From Candidatus Omnitrophota bacterium (GTDB taxonomy: Bacteria > Omnitrophota > Gorgyraeia > Zapsychrales > Fredricksoniimonadaceae), in NCBI GenBank assembly GCA_903908245.1, contig CAIVRE010000006.1, positions 85,951 to 149,950 on the forward strand: DNA of 64,000 nt, written 5' to 3'. Positions 27,407-36,928 of this stretch are shown in pieces; within the stretch, counting starts at the first letter, position 1; the number at the start of each line of letters is the position of its first letter. Both the position numbers and the translations under genes were made by a program. The notes under the pieces are model-generated. The model ran no database searches. It was not told where the DNA came from and saw nothing but the letters and a program-made list of their open reading frames with translations.

Positions 27407-29518
27407 TCATGATTTTCTTATCGGCAACCTGACGGTCATGGTAGTGCCTTTCCCGGGCTCAGAGGATGCCAGGATCTCGCCGCCATGATTCTTTATGATC
27501 TCATAACTCACGCTCAGGCCAAGCCCCGTCCCCTGCCCCACCGGCTTGGTGGTAAAGAACGGATCAAAGATCCTGCCAATATTCTCCGGCAGAATACCAT
27601 ACCCGTTATCTGAAACCTCGACAACAACCGACGCCCCGTCCACGAAAGTCCGTATGCCAATAACACCCTTCCCCGGGACAATGGCCTGTGTCGCGTTCAC
27701 GATAATATTCATGAACACCTGGCCCAGCCGCTGGGGGAAACAATTGACCAAAGGCAAGTCCCCGTACTCCCGCTCCAGCCGGGCCTTATACCGGATCTCA
27801 TTGCCCACGATCGTGATGACCTTCTCGATGATCTCCCGGATATCCGCGTCAACCTTGACATCCCCCTCGGTCCGGGCAAAGGTCCTCAGGTCGATAACAA
27901 TACGCTTCACCCGCTCCAATCCGTCGTGAAGTTCCGAAAGCAGCTCCCCCATGTCCCGGCGCACGTCCTTCAGCCGCATAGTATCGCGCAATTTCAACGC
28001 CACTCCCGCCCGTCTGCAGGAGTTCTCCCGACAAACAGCGTCGGCCCCTTTCTTGTGAAAGATCACATCATACCCGTCCAAAAGCTCTTCATAGACCTTC
28101 ACATACTGCTCAAGGGTCTCGAGATTGCTCATCACATACGCGAGCGGATTATTGACTTCATGCGCCACCCCCGCCGCCAGCTGGCCGATCGCGGCAAGTT
28201 TTTCTGCCTGCACCAGGCGGCCGTGCGCGCTTTCCAGGGCCGCATTGCTGCCCATCAGGGCCGTCCGGGACTTCTCGATCTCGCTGATCTTGTCATGCAA
28301 ATGCCTCATCATGGTCAAAAAAGCATTGGCCAGGCTTCCGGTCTCGTCATTCATGGAAAGGATCCTGTGATCGATGATCGCATCCAGGTCGCCGCTGGCC
28401 GCCACCTCTTCAAGCCTGCGGATCGGCCGCGTTATCCATACGGCGAAGAAATACGCCACCAAAGACCCCAACCCGAGAAACAGCGAACAGATCTGAAGGA
28501 CACGCCACTTGATCGTGCCCAGACCCTTCAAATAATCCGTCTCGTAAGCACTAGCCCCGATGACCCAATCCCACTTGGGGAAATACATGACCGCGGCCAT
28601 CTTTCGCAGCGGCGCCAGGTCCCCGATATCCTTCCACGGATATTCATACACAAAGTAGCCGCCCGCCTTGAGCTCACGCGCCTGCTGGATCATCTCCAGA
28701 ATGAACAGCCGCCCTTTCTCGTCGCTGGCCGTGATCATGTTCTCGCCGTCGCGAAAACGATTCTTCGAAACAACATAAGCACCCGTTGAGTTATAGACCC
28801 AGAGATACCCGTGTTCGCCGATCTTCTGGCTGGCCATGCGGTCCTTCAACTCGTCCTGGACGATCTTCTCCATATCATAGCTCTTGAAATCCGAATAATA
28901 CATGCCTGCGCCTATGATCCAGTCCTTTTCCGGAACATAGATCAGCACCGCCAACTTCCTGCGCAGTGCCACGCCCTCCGGATCAGCAAAGTCATAACGG
29001 ATCGTCTTGAGCTCATCACCCTTCAGCTGACGGGCCGCACGGACAAAATCCAGGTACTCGGGTATTTTTTCCTTGAAAGGGCCATCCTCGACCTTTTTCC
29101 CGTCATTTTTATGCCCGCCGGATAAAATAAAACGGTCCTGCCCGTCAATAATAAAAACATAACCGCTGCGGCCTATCCCGATCTCGGAAATAAGCGCTAG
29201 CATCCTGGCCTCACTATCGGCACTATGCGACGTCAGTTCGAGCTGGACCATCTTTTTAACATCCAGCACGACCGAACCCAGGCGTTTTTCCACCAGATAT
29301 TCCTCACGCCTGAGGATGCGCTGGACCTCCTCGTAATAAACATCCGCGGCGGTATACCATCCGCCCGCGATCAATCTCAGGTCGCGGCGGACAGTCTCGA
29401 TCGCTTCCATGCGGTAAGTTTGATAGATCTCCAGGCCAAGAATAAAGGTAGGAAGAAAAACAAGGGCAACACCGATGAGAAGGAATTTCCACTTGATGCT
29501 AAAGAACCTTTTGGCCAT
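27407..29518 (-). CDS. Cache-domain sensor histidine kinase (HAMP, HisKA, HATPase)
   Basis: Two TM segments, Cache-like periplasmic region, AHEVNNPL, DNGYG, FDPFFTTK and GTGLGL. Confidence 0.93.
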   Translation of the reverse strand: MAKRFFSIKWKFLLIGVALVFLPTFILGLEIYQTYRMEAIETVRRDLRLIAGGWYTAADVYYEEVQRILRREEYLVEKRLGSVVLDVKKMVQLELTSHSADSEARMLALISEIGIGRSGYVFIIDGQDRFILSGGHKNDGKKVEDGPFKEKIPEYLDFVRAARQLKGDELKTIRYDFADPEGVALRRKLAVLIYVPEKDWIIGAGMYYSDFKSYDMEKIVQDELKDRMASQKIGEHGYLWVYNSTGAYVVSKNRFRDGENMITASDEKGRLFILEMIQQARELKAGGYFVYEYPWKDIGDLAPLRKMAAVMYFPKWDWVIGASAYETDYLKGLGTIKWRVLQICSLFLGLGSLVAYFFAVWITRPIRRLEEVAASGDLDAIIDHRILSMNDETGSLANAFLTMMRHLHDKISEIEKSRTALMGSNAALESAHGRLVQAEKLAAIGQLAAGVAHEVNNPLAYVMSNLETLEQYVKVYEELLDGYDVIFHKKGADAVCRENSCRRAGVALKLRDTMRLKDVRRDMGELLSELHDGLERVKRIVIDLRTFARTEGDVKVDADIREIIEKVITIVGNEIRYKARLEREYGDLPLVNCFPQRLGQVFMNIIVNATQAIVPGKGVIGIRTFVDGASVVVEVSDNGYGILPENIGRIFDPFFTTKPVGQGTGLGLSVSYEIIKNHGGEILASSEPGKGTTMTVRLPIRKS

Positions 29519-29527
29519 ACGATCCTT

Positions 29528-30832
29528 TTATTCCTTGTAATACCCGGCTGCTTCAAACTGCTCTTCCCACTCCCGGGCCACGCTGGACATCGCTTCTTGC
29601 GCGGTGATCGTATCCATGAACAAATACTGGGTCCAGTATTTCTGGGAGACCGCAAGCAATCTGGCATACTCCGGCACGGACCAAAAGTCCTTGAGCATGC
29701 CCATCGAATCCCTCAAAGAACGGTTATACGGGGTCGCGGCGAGGAACTCTTCCGAATTCAGGACCGCCTTATCGCAGGAATAACCCCCCAATCGCGCCCA
29801 TTTCCGCTGAATACCGGGCCGCACGAACCAGTCAATGAACCTGAAAACCTTGTCTTTCTTTTTGGAAAAACTGACCACGGAAAGCCCTTGTCCGCCCAGT
29901 GAGGAATACCGGCCTTTCGGTCCGGACGGATTGGCAAAAAATCCGGTCGATGCGGCATACGGATTCTTTACGGGATTCAAAAGGTCAGGAAAAAAAGCAT
30001 AATAACTCATGACCATCGCCGTCTTCCCTTGAAAGAAGGCCTCATTGACATCCAGATAAGCGTGCTTCCACTCCGGAGCACCTAAAGCATGCAGCTCTTT
30101 ATAGAATTTCAACGCCTCCGCACTGGCGGGGACATCAAGGATCCCCTTGACCTTGTAAGATGCCTGGTCACCCAGGTCAGCCCCCCAGTCCCAGATAAAC
30201 GTCTCCACCCCCATTGTTGTCCCGTCATAATTCTCCGACGCCCAGATATTAACCCCGAAGAAATTCTTTTCAGGACGATAAAAAAATGTGGCAATATCTT
30301 TTAGCTCCAACCATGTCTTGGGAATAGCCAGCGGATATCCAAAACGCGCGAGGAACGCACTTTTTTCTTTCGGGTCTTCAAAAAGATCCTTACGATAAGC
30401 GAACCCCATGGCATCCCCCATCAAAGGGATCGCCCAGTAACGCTTCGATCCTCTGGTATACTCCGCATACCCCGCCATAGACGCTTCCGTCATCCTGTCA
30501 TTGATACCCTTGTCCTGGATCCACTTGGTCAGGTCCACATAATACCCGCCCGTTGATCCACGGCCGAGCCACTGGGAATCGCCGCCGACCAGGTCGTATT
30601 CCTGCGCATGATCGAAGAACGCGGAATAAAACTTGTCCCAGGTGACCTGGACAATAGTCACCTTGATCCCCGTTTCCTTCGTAAAATCCTCGGAAAGCTT
30701 CTGCAAATAATCGGAAGGCGCCCATTTCGCCCACAAGATCGTGATCGTTTCTTCCCCGCGCTGTTCTACCCTTGAAGAACATCCGCCGATACCAAACAAA
30801 AGAAGGAGAATAACAACTGCCAAATTTCTCAT
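29528..30832 (-). CDS. Sugar-type extracellular solute-binding lipoprotein (SBP family 1)
   Basis: Lipobox IGGC after MRNLAVVILLLLF (RBS GGAGAGG), plus YRKDLF and LGGQGL. Confidence 0.88.
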   Translation of the reverse strand: MRNLAVVILLLLFGIGGCSSRVEQRGEETITILWAKWAPSDYLQKLSEDFTKETGIKVTIVQVTWDKFYSAFFDHAQEYDLVGGDSQWLGRGSTGGYYVDLTKWIQDKGINDRMTEASMAGYAEYTRGSKRYWAIPLMGDAMGFAYRKDLFEDPKEKSAFLARFGYPLAIPKTWLELKDIATFFYRPEKNFFGVNIWASENYDGTTMGVETFIWDWGADLGDQASYKVKGILDVPASAEALKFYKELHALGAPEWKHAYLDVNEAFFQGKTAMVMSYYAFFPDLLNPVKNPYAASTGFFANPSGPKGRYSSLGGQGLSVVSFSKKKDKVFRFIDWFVRPGIQRKWARLGGYSCDKAVLNSEEFLAATPYNRSLRDSMGMLKDFWSVPEYARLLAVSQKYWTQYLFMDTITAQEAMSSVAREWEEQFEAAGYYKE

Positions 30833-30884
30833 AATAGACCTCTCCGGCTGACGAAAGATTAGAACTTCCTTAATAATAGCAAAA

Positions 30885-30924
30885 AACCGGGACACATTGA
30901 GTTTTTATTCAATGGCACCCGGTT
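30885..30924. repeat. Degenerate GGGACAC-type palindrome (related to family A)
   Basis: aaccgggacacattga-N8-tcaatggcacccggtt, downstream of hisI. Confidence 0.5.
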
Positions 30925-30946
30925 CTATAACAGTCCCCTCCGATCG

Positions 30947-31384
30947 TCAGACCATTTCGAGGCCGCCTTTACCGATCCGGCGGTAATAACAGCCAAACCG
31001 CGTCTGCCCTTTTGCATCCTTTACATGGCAGGAACCTTTCCCCGCCATTGTCACCAGATAAAGAAGGGAATTCTGTTCGCAGTTCACCCGGACCTCAACA
31101 ATATTGAGCTCATCCCCTGAAGTTTTCCCCTTGACCCAGAGTTCATTGCGCGAGGTACTCCAAAATGTCGCCAGGCCGGACTCAAGCGTATGCCGCAAGG
31201 CTTTCTCATTGGCGTACGCGAGAATAAGCACTTGTTTGGAAACAGCATCCTGCACGATCACCGGGACCACAAGCTCCTGGCACGCGGACACTTTCCGAAG
31301 CTTTTCAAAGTCCATCGAAACAGACGTCCCGTTCTCAAGCGCCGCGTGATCGATCGTCCCTTTGGATTCTTTACGGTTCATCAT
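30947..31384 (-). CDS. hisI: Phosphoribosyl-AMP cyclohydrolase
   Basis: VPVIVQD, FWSTSRNELWVKGKTSG, NCEQNSLL and SCH..GCYYR motifs. Confidence 0.88.
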   Translation of the reverse strand: MMNRKESKGTIDHAALENGTSVSMDFEKLRKVSACQELVVPVIVQDAVSKQVLILAYANEKALRHTLESGLATFWSTSRNELWVKGKTSGDELNIVEVRVNCEQNSLLYLVTMAGKGSCHVKDAKGQTRFGCYYRRIGKGGLEMV

Positions 31385-31390
31385 GATCCT

Positions 31391-32572
31391 TTATTTGTTT
31401 ATGTGCACTATCTTGGCCGGCGGGAACCCGTTAAAATAAGTGGATGAAGCATGTGAATACGCGCCTATATTCTCCGCATACACCAGGTCATGGATCTCAA
31501 GCTCGGGCAACTCGGCAGATAATGTAATGGTATCGAGCGCATCGCAGGTCGGGCCAAATACAGCGGACATCTGGCTGTCGCCCTCCTTGAATGCCTTCAC
31601 AGGATAATTGCAGTGATCGAATATCTGTCCCGAAAAAGTATGGTAAACACCGTCATTGATATAGTAACACGGCTTCCCGTCCCTGACCGCCTTGCCCACG
31701 ACCTTTGCCACAACGGTGCAGGCATCCGCGACCATGAACCGCCCGGGCTCTGCAAGCAAGTGCATATCTGCCGGGAAGAGCCTTGCCATCTCGTTGTTCA
31801 GTTTCTTTGCCAGCACCTTGAATGCCCTGACTTTTCCATCATACTGGACGGGGAATCCACCGCCTATATCAATAATGATCAATTTCTTGTCCAGCCGCGA
31901 CGCAACTTCCTTGATGATATTGGATGAAAGCTGCAATGCCTGTATGTAATTGTTAAAATTGGTGCATTGGCTGCCGACATGAAAACTGATGCCTTCAACA
32001 ACAAGGTCCATTTTGAAGGCTTCCTCGATCAGGTCAACGGCCTCGCCGGGAGACGCCCCGAATTTCGAAGACAATTCCACCATTGATCCGGTATTGGGAA
32101 CGCGTATCCTTAAAACAAGGCCAGCCTGCGGCGCATGTTTCTTTATTTTCTTGAGCTCTTCACTGTTGTCATAGGTCACAAGCGGCTTGTATTTGTCCAA
32201 TGCTTCAAGCGTTTCCACCGGCTTGATCGTATTGGCATAGATGATCTTGTCCCAGATAAAATCCTGTCTTTCCTGGTCCGGCAGGTCTTTGATATTCTCG
32301 TGGACCAGCATGAATTCCGGCATCGACGCCACATCAAAGCTCGCGCCCATTTCATACAGCGTCTTGACGATCTCCGGATTTGAATTCGCCTTCACCGCAT
32401 AATAAGCCTGCACCCTGGGCAAATGCTCCTTGAACTCGCGGTAATTCTGCCGGATCTTTTCATGATCGATCACAAAAAGCGGCGTACCATGCTCTTGTGC
32501 CAGCTTTTGCATGAGGGCCTTTTCATCCTCTGACAGCGTGAATTCAGTGGTCTTTACAGCATTTGCGCTCAT
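31391..32572 (-). CDS. Type III PLP-dependent ornithine/lysine decarboxylase
   Basis: YYAVKAN, FDVAS, SKFG, FHVGSQ, DIGGGF, EPGR and GPTCD motifs. Confidence 0.93.
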   Translation of the reverse strand: MSANAVKTTEFTLSEDEKALMQKLAQEHGTPLFVIDHEKIRQNYREFKEHLPRVQAYYAVKANSNPEIVKTLYEMGASFDVASMPEFMLVHENIKDLPDQERQDFIWDKIIYANTIKPVETLEALDKYKPLVTYDNSEELKKIKKHAPQAGLVLRIRVPNTGSMVELSSKFGASPGEAVDLIEEAFKMDLVVEGISFHVGSQCTNFNNYIQALQLSSNIIKEVASRLDKKLIIIDIGGGFPVQYDGKVRAFKVLAKKLNNEMARLFPADMHLLAEPGRFMVADACTVVAKVVGKAVRDGKPCYYINDGVYHTFSGQIFDHCNYPVKAFKEGDSQMSAVFGPTCDALDTITLSAELPELEIHDLVYAENIGAYSHASSTYFNGFPPAKIVHINK

Positions 32573-32581
32573 CCTGTCTCC

Positions 32582-34039
32582 TTACGCTACAAAAAAGAAA
32601 TTCTTGAACTGCCACGGGTCCTTATGGTCGAGCTTATTGGAGGGATTCTCCTTGAAATAAGTCTTCCTGTTCTTCAGCGGGGTCCAGTCATAAGCCCTGG
32701 AAACAAACTTGCCAAGATACGGCTTGGCAACCTTCAAAACATAATCATGCGGAAGATCATCCGGAAGGCAAAAACCTTTCCTAGGATTTTCGATCATCCA
32801 CATGGCCGCCGCAATGATACCCAGCGCCACCTGGATCGTGGTCGCATTCTGTCCGGGAGCAAGCTTTCTGGACTCCTCGATCGACAATATGCTTCCTGTC
32901 CACCATGAATTATAGCTATGGCCCATCAGCAAAGCGCCCAGGATATCGTCACCAGAGAGTATTTCATGATCCTGCAATATCCGAAGCCGGGACTGCATCT
33001 CGTAATTGTTCCCCCTCAACTCATGCAATGACATGATCGTTTCATCGCAGGGCATATACGCATAATGGACCGTCGGCCTGTACACCACTTTTCCGTTCTT
33101 TCTTAAAGTCCACTTGTCCGAGATCCCGAAAGCCTCTCCATGCCTGATGACCATGCCTACGATCTCATAATCGGGAACAAATGACCTGACCCATGTGTTC
33201 ATCCCCATCTGGGCAAGGAATACCTGATTCTTTGGGCCTATTTTCGGACAATGCGCCAGCGCGGGAAGCGCCTTCTCATGCGTGCCCCAGCCCATCTCGG
33301 CGGGCGCCGTTCCCTCTTCTCTTAAACCTTCAATGCTCCAGGTCCCGACGAACTCATCGACCTGTTTCGGCCTGTTCGTTATCTGGGTGTCTCTTTCCGA
33401 ACAGTGAATGACTTTCACGCCTATTGCGCTGCCGAGCGCCGCAAAATCCCTGGCATCGATCAATTCCTCAAGCCTGGCAGGGTCCTTCGCCTTGTTTTCC
33501 TTGATCAGCTTATTCGCTATGTCAATAGCGCCCTGTTTGGCAAAATGTGAGATCAGCCCCGGATTAGCCCCATGGTCAACAACAAAAGTGGTCGCATCTT
33601 TCCAGGTTTTGGTCAATTCCCTTAATTTCATCTGCCTTGAGTACAAGGACTTTTCATACGGCGTCGCCGTGAACCTTTCTTCAAAAGAATCCCATACTTC
33701 CACCGACGTGTTCACATAAAGCACTTCATGCTCATGGCACCACTTGACGATCGCACAACAGTCGATATTCCAGGCAAGGTCTACCAATAATCCGCCCTTT
33801 TCCAGGTGCTGTGAAAGGATTTTCCCCATATTCTCCGGGGTGACTTTCTGCCTGAAGAACTTGATACCCCTGGCTGTTAACTCTTTCAGGTCAGCGGCTT
33901 TATCTTCAAGATCAATGATAGTGATATTTTCATTGGGGATATTCACAAGCTTTAACAAGATCGGAACGGTGCACCGTGACACAGACCCGTACCCGATGAT
34001 CAGCACTTTTCTCTTGAACTCGATCATTTTCTCCCCCAA
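32582..34039 (-). CDS. hss: Homospermidine synthase
   Basis: IIGYGSV, HGANPGLISHF, TWSIEG, YRPTVHYAY and NATTIQV motifs. Confidence 0.93.
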   Translation of the reverse strand: MGEKMIEFKRKVLIIGYGSVSRCTVPILLKLVNIPNENITIIDLEDKAADLKELTARGIKFFRQKVTPENMGKILSQHLEKGGLLVDLAWNIDCCAIVKWCHEHEVLYVNTSVEVWDSFEERFTATPYEKSLYSRQMKLRELTKTWKDATTFVVDHGANPGLISHFAKQGAIDIANKLIKENKAKDPARLEELIDARDFAALGSAIGVKVIHCSERDTQITNRPKQVDEFVGTWSIEGLREEGTAPAEMGWGTHEKALPALAHCPKIGPKNQVFLAQMGMNTWVRSFVPDYEIVGMVIRHGEAFGISDKWTLRKNGKVVYRPTVHYAYMPCDETIMSLHELRGNNYEMQSRLRILQDHEILSGDDILGALLMGHSYNSWWTGSILSIEESRKLAPGQNATTIQVALGIIAAAMWMIENPRKGFCLPDDLPHDYVLKVAKPYLGKFVSRAYDWTPLKNRKTYFKENPSNKLDHKDPWQFKNFFFVA

Positions 34040-34188
34040 AAAATAATTTTAAAAATACGCTGCAGGCTTTTATATTATTCCTGTTCCCGCTGGAACTTTC
34101 GTGCGAAATTCTATCATAATCCGCACATAAATCTATTTTTTTCTTGCACTGTTTTTCACGTCATCATCCTCCAGCGTTCCCGACGGTG

Positions 34189-34878
34189 TCAGAAGCGGCA
34201 AAGAATGCCGGCCGTAAAGGATCCGCCGTCCTGCCAGTCGGACTCAAGATTGACCCACACCCGGTCGTTGACCGGGATATCAACGCCCGCGATCAACCCC
34301 AGGCGGCGCCCCTCAACGGACTTGATCATCTTGCGGCTGGTGTCGAGATTATGGATATAATCCATCAACGTATAGCGCGGCCCGATGTAAGACGTAAAAT
34401 ATTTCATATCATAGGAAACAAGCGCGGAACCCTGCCAGTCCTCAAGGATACCATTATTCTTTTCACCGTTCGCCTTGACCGTTTTAGGGTGAATACTAAA
34501 ATGCTGAAATCCGACAACAGACTTGAGCGGGCCTGATTCGTAAGCCTTGATACGAAAACCATACCCGCCGCCCCAAACAGGATCTTTGTAGGCCATCCGG
34601 TCCCCCGACGATGGATCATGACGGAACGTGCTGTAAAGGCTCGCCTTAAGATCCAGCGACAACCAGTCTGTCAGCCCATAGGATACCGTAAGATAATTTT
34701 GAACGCTGCGCACACTGCCAAGGTCATTCGCCAGATCGCGGCGGCGCACATAATAATCCTGCAACCCCCAGAAAGCCTCTTTCTTCGCCGGCATCTTCGT
34801 ACCATAAGCCGACGCCGCCTCCGCCAATGGCGCAAAGATCAACATGAAAGAGATCATCACAAGAATGGAACGCTTCAT
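34189..34878 (-). CDS. Outer-membrane beta-barrel protein (hypothetical)
   Basis: Signal peptide, amphipathic beta-strand pattern and C-terminal Phe. Confidence 0.7.
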   Translation of the reverse strand: MKRSILVMISFMLIFAPLAEAASAYGTKMPAKKEAFWGLQDYYVRRRDLANDLGSVRSVQNYLTVSYGLTDWLSLDLKASLYSTFRHDPSSGDRMAYKDPVWGGGYGFRIKAYESGPLKSVVGFQHFSIHPKTVKANGEKNNGILEDWQGSALVSYDMKYFTSYIGPRYTLMDYIHNLDTSRKMIKSVEGRRLGLIAGVDIPVNDRVWVNLESDWQDGGSFTAGILCRF

Positions 34879-34951
34879 CCCCTGTCCTTTCGCTGATCTA
34901 TTGCGTTGTGAACATTAGAACCCGCGCATAAGCGAGCGGGGGACCAAATGA

Positions 34952-35917
34952 CTAGACCACTAATGATCCCTGCACCGCATTAATGAAATACCCGATCATA
35001 ATGATCGCCGCGGTCGTAATGCCGAAAAATATCAGGATGAGCGGAAGCTTCATCGCCCGGCGGAGCATGATCGCCTCAGGCAAACTGAGCGCGGCAATGG
35101 CCATCATGAACGCCAGCGCGGTCCCCAGCGGCACGCCTTTCTCGAAAAGCACGACCGCGATCGGGACAATAGCCGCGCAGCTGCCGTACATCGGGACCCC
35201 GATCAGGACGGCGATCGGGACAGAAAATATCCCCGTCGAAGCAATGACCGACCGGATCAGCGCCTCCGGCACATAATTATGGATCACCGCGCCGACCCCG
35301 ACGCCTATCACAACCCACAGCCATATCTTCTTCGTGATCGACAACGCTTCCGAATACCCATAAATACAACGGCTTCTAAAAGAACTGAACACCGGAAGCT
35401 GCAACGCGCCGGCGCCTGGTGCGCCGGCAATATCCTCGACCAGATACTTCTCCAGACGCATCTTCCCTAAAACAAGCCCGGCCGCTATCCCGATCGCCAG
35501 GCCGCTGGCCACATAGACCGCCGTGATCTTCCAGCCGAAGACGCTGAGCATCAACACGACCAAATATTCATTAATGATGGGGGATGTCACCAGGAAAGAG
35601 AACATAACACCCAGAGGAGCCCCGGCCTTCATAAATGCCAGAAAAATGGGGATGGAAGAACACGAGCAGAATGGCGTGATCGCGCCGAAGACCGCGGCAA
35701 AGATACAACCAAGTCCGCCGGGGAGGTCCATCCAGCGCTTCATCCGTTCGAAAGGGATAAAGGAACGAAGAACGCCAATGATAAAGATCAGGACGAACAA
35801 CATGACGTTGATCTTGATCACATCATAAATGAAAAACTCGAGCGTTTCGCCCAAAGATGAACCGGGGACGAACCGCAACAGGCCGAAAACCACCCAATGG
35901 CTGAAGCCTAACAGCAC
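34952..35917 (-). CDS. ArsP/DUF318-family permease
   Basis: TPFCSCSSIP, FLVTSPIINE, GVPMY and ALSLPE motifs. Confidence 0.88.
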   Translation of the reverse strand: MLLGFSHWVVFGLLRFVPGSSLGETLEFFIYDVIKINVMLFVLIFIIGVLRSFIPFERMKRWMDLPGGLGCIFAAVFGAITPFCSCSSIPIFLAFMKAGAPLGVMFSFLVTSPIINEYLVVLMLSVFGWKITAVYVASGLAIGIAAGLVLGKMRLEKYLVEDIAGAPGAGALQLPVFSSFRSRCIYGYSEALSITKKIWLWVVIGVGVGAVIHNYVPEALIRSVIASTGIFSVPIAVLIGVPMYGSCAAIVPIAVVLFEKGVPLGTALAFMMAIAALSLPEAIMLRRAMKLPLILIFFGITTAAIIMIGYFINAVQGSLVV

Positions 35918-36054
35918 TTATTGTCCTTCTTCTTGTCGCTGCCCGAGCAACATCCGCCAGAACAAGCCGCTTCCGCCATTTTCTTGTCGACCTTATCCAT
36001 CAAGCCGGCCCAGAAACCTTTTTTCGCTTTTGTTTCTTTCTTTTGATCAACCAT
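35908..36054 (-). CDS. 48-aa Cys-rich small protein (not in the ORF track)
   Basis: MVDQKKETKAKKGFWAGLMDKVDKKMAEAACSGGCCSGSDKKKDNKCC*, with GAGGAG RBS; overlaps the permease start. Confidence 0.75.
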   Translation of the reverse strand: MVDQKKETKAKKGFWAGLMDKVDKKMAEAACSGGCCSGSDKKKDNKCC

Positions 36055-36102
36055 AAAACACTCCTCGCTTTTTTATTCCGCTGTGTTAAAATTCGTTCCT
36101 GT

Positions 36103-36131
36103 GAATAATGACATCATCCCTGTCATTATTC
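36103..36131. promoter_or_regulatory. 11-7-11 perfect inverted repeat (operator or hairpin)
   Basis: gaataatgaca-tcatccc-tgtcattattc. Confidence 0.55.
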
Positions 36132-36135
36132 CTAT

Positions 36136-36207
36136 GTCCCCTTAGCTTAACGGATAAAGCACCAGCCTCCGGAGCTGGTGATGGGGGTTCGATTCCCCCA
36201 GGGGGCG
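36136..36207 (+). tRNA. tRNA-Arg(CCG), CCA not encoded
   Basis: Acceptor stem GTCCCCT/AGGGGGC, D-arm GCTT..AAGC, anticodon stem CCAGC/GCTGG with CCG at 36169-71, T-arm GGGGG-TTCGATT-CCCCC. Confidence 0.95.
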
Positions 36208-36217
36208 TTCTTTCCTC

Positions 36218-36835
36218 TTAATAATTCTTCGCGCGGACCTCAAACACACTTTTCGGATTCTGGCATACCGGACAAACATTGGGCGTCTGTTTACCCACAT
36301 GGATATGCCCGCACTCGCGGCAGACCCAGACGGTCTCTTCATCTTTAACAAAGATCTTATTATTCTTTAAGTTCTCCGCAAGCTTGCGATAGCGCTCTTC
36401 ATGCTCTTTCTCGACCTTGGCGATCATTTTAAACTGCGCTCCGATCTTCGGGAACCCTTCTTTCTCCGCGACAGCTCCGAACGCGGGATAAATATCGACG
36501 AACTCTTCATGCTCGCCTTCCGCGGCGGCGATCAGGTTCTGATACGTATCACCGACGACGCCTGCCGGATAGGTGGCCGTGATCTCCAGCGGCCCGCCCT
36601 CAAGAAAAGCAAAGAACGCCTGCGCGTGCAATTGCTCGTTATGCGCGGTCTCATCGAAAATAGCCGCGATCTGGTCAAAGCCATCCTCACGCGCTTTTTC
36701 AGCGAACATGTTGTAACGATTGCGCGCCTGCGACTCGCCGGCAAACGCTTTCAGCAGATTCTTCTCGGTGGCAGTACCCTTGATGGTCTTGCCCGCGCGG
36801 TATGAAGCAAATCTTTCCCTTAATTCGGCTTTCAT
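36218..36835 (-). CDS. rbr: Rubrerythrin
   Basis: AFAGESQARNRY, E..H motifs and C-terminal CRECG..CPVC rubredoxin domain. Confidence 0.95.
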   Translation of the reverse strand: MKAELRERFASYRAGKTIKGTATEKNLLKAFAGESQARNRYNMFAEKAREDGFDQIAAIFDETAHNEQLHAQAFFAFLEGGPLEITATYPAGVVGDTYQNLIAAAEGEHEEFVDIYPAFGAVAEKEGFPKIGAQFKMIAKVEKEHEERYRKLAENLKNNKIFVKDEETVWVCRECGHIHVGKQTPNVCPVCQNPKSVFEVRAKNY

Positions 36836-36860
36836 CGCGAACCTCCATGTCGGTTAATAG

Positions 36861-36904
36861 GGGGGCACTTTACTTAATTCAAAAGAATTAAGTAAAGTGT
36901 CCCC
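36861..36904. repeat. REP-like palindrome family A, copy 2
   Basis: gggggcactttacttaattc-aaaa-gaattaagtaaagtgtcccc; the right arm is identical to that of copy 1. Confidence 0.85.
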
Positions 36905-36928
36905 ATACTATCACCCCGCGAGGGGAAA

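Noticed and set aside
36136-36207. tRNA-Arg as an island integration site
   Set aside because: No integrase and no duplicated tRNA 3' end were noticed in the window.
24018-36904. Family A repeats as the ends of a composite transposon or as a CRISPR array
   Set aside because: Each copy is a self-contained palindrome. There is no transposase, target duplication, regular spacers or cas genes.
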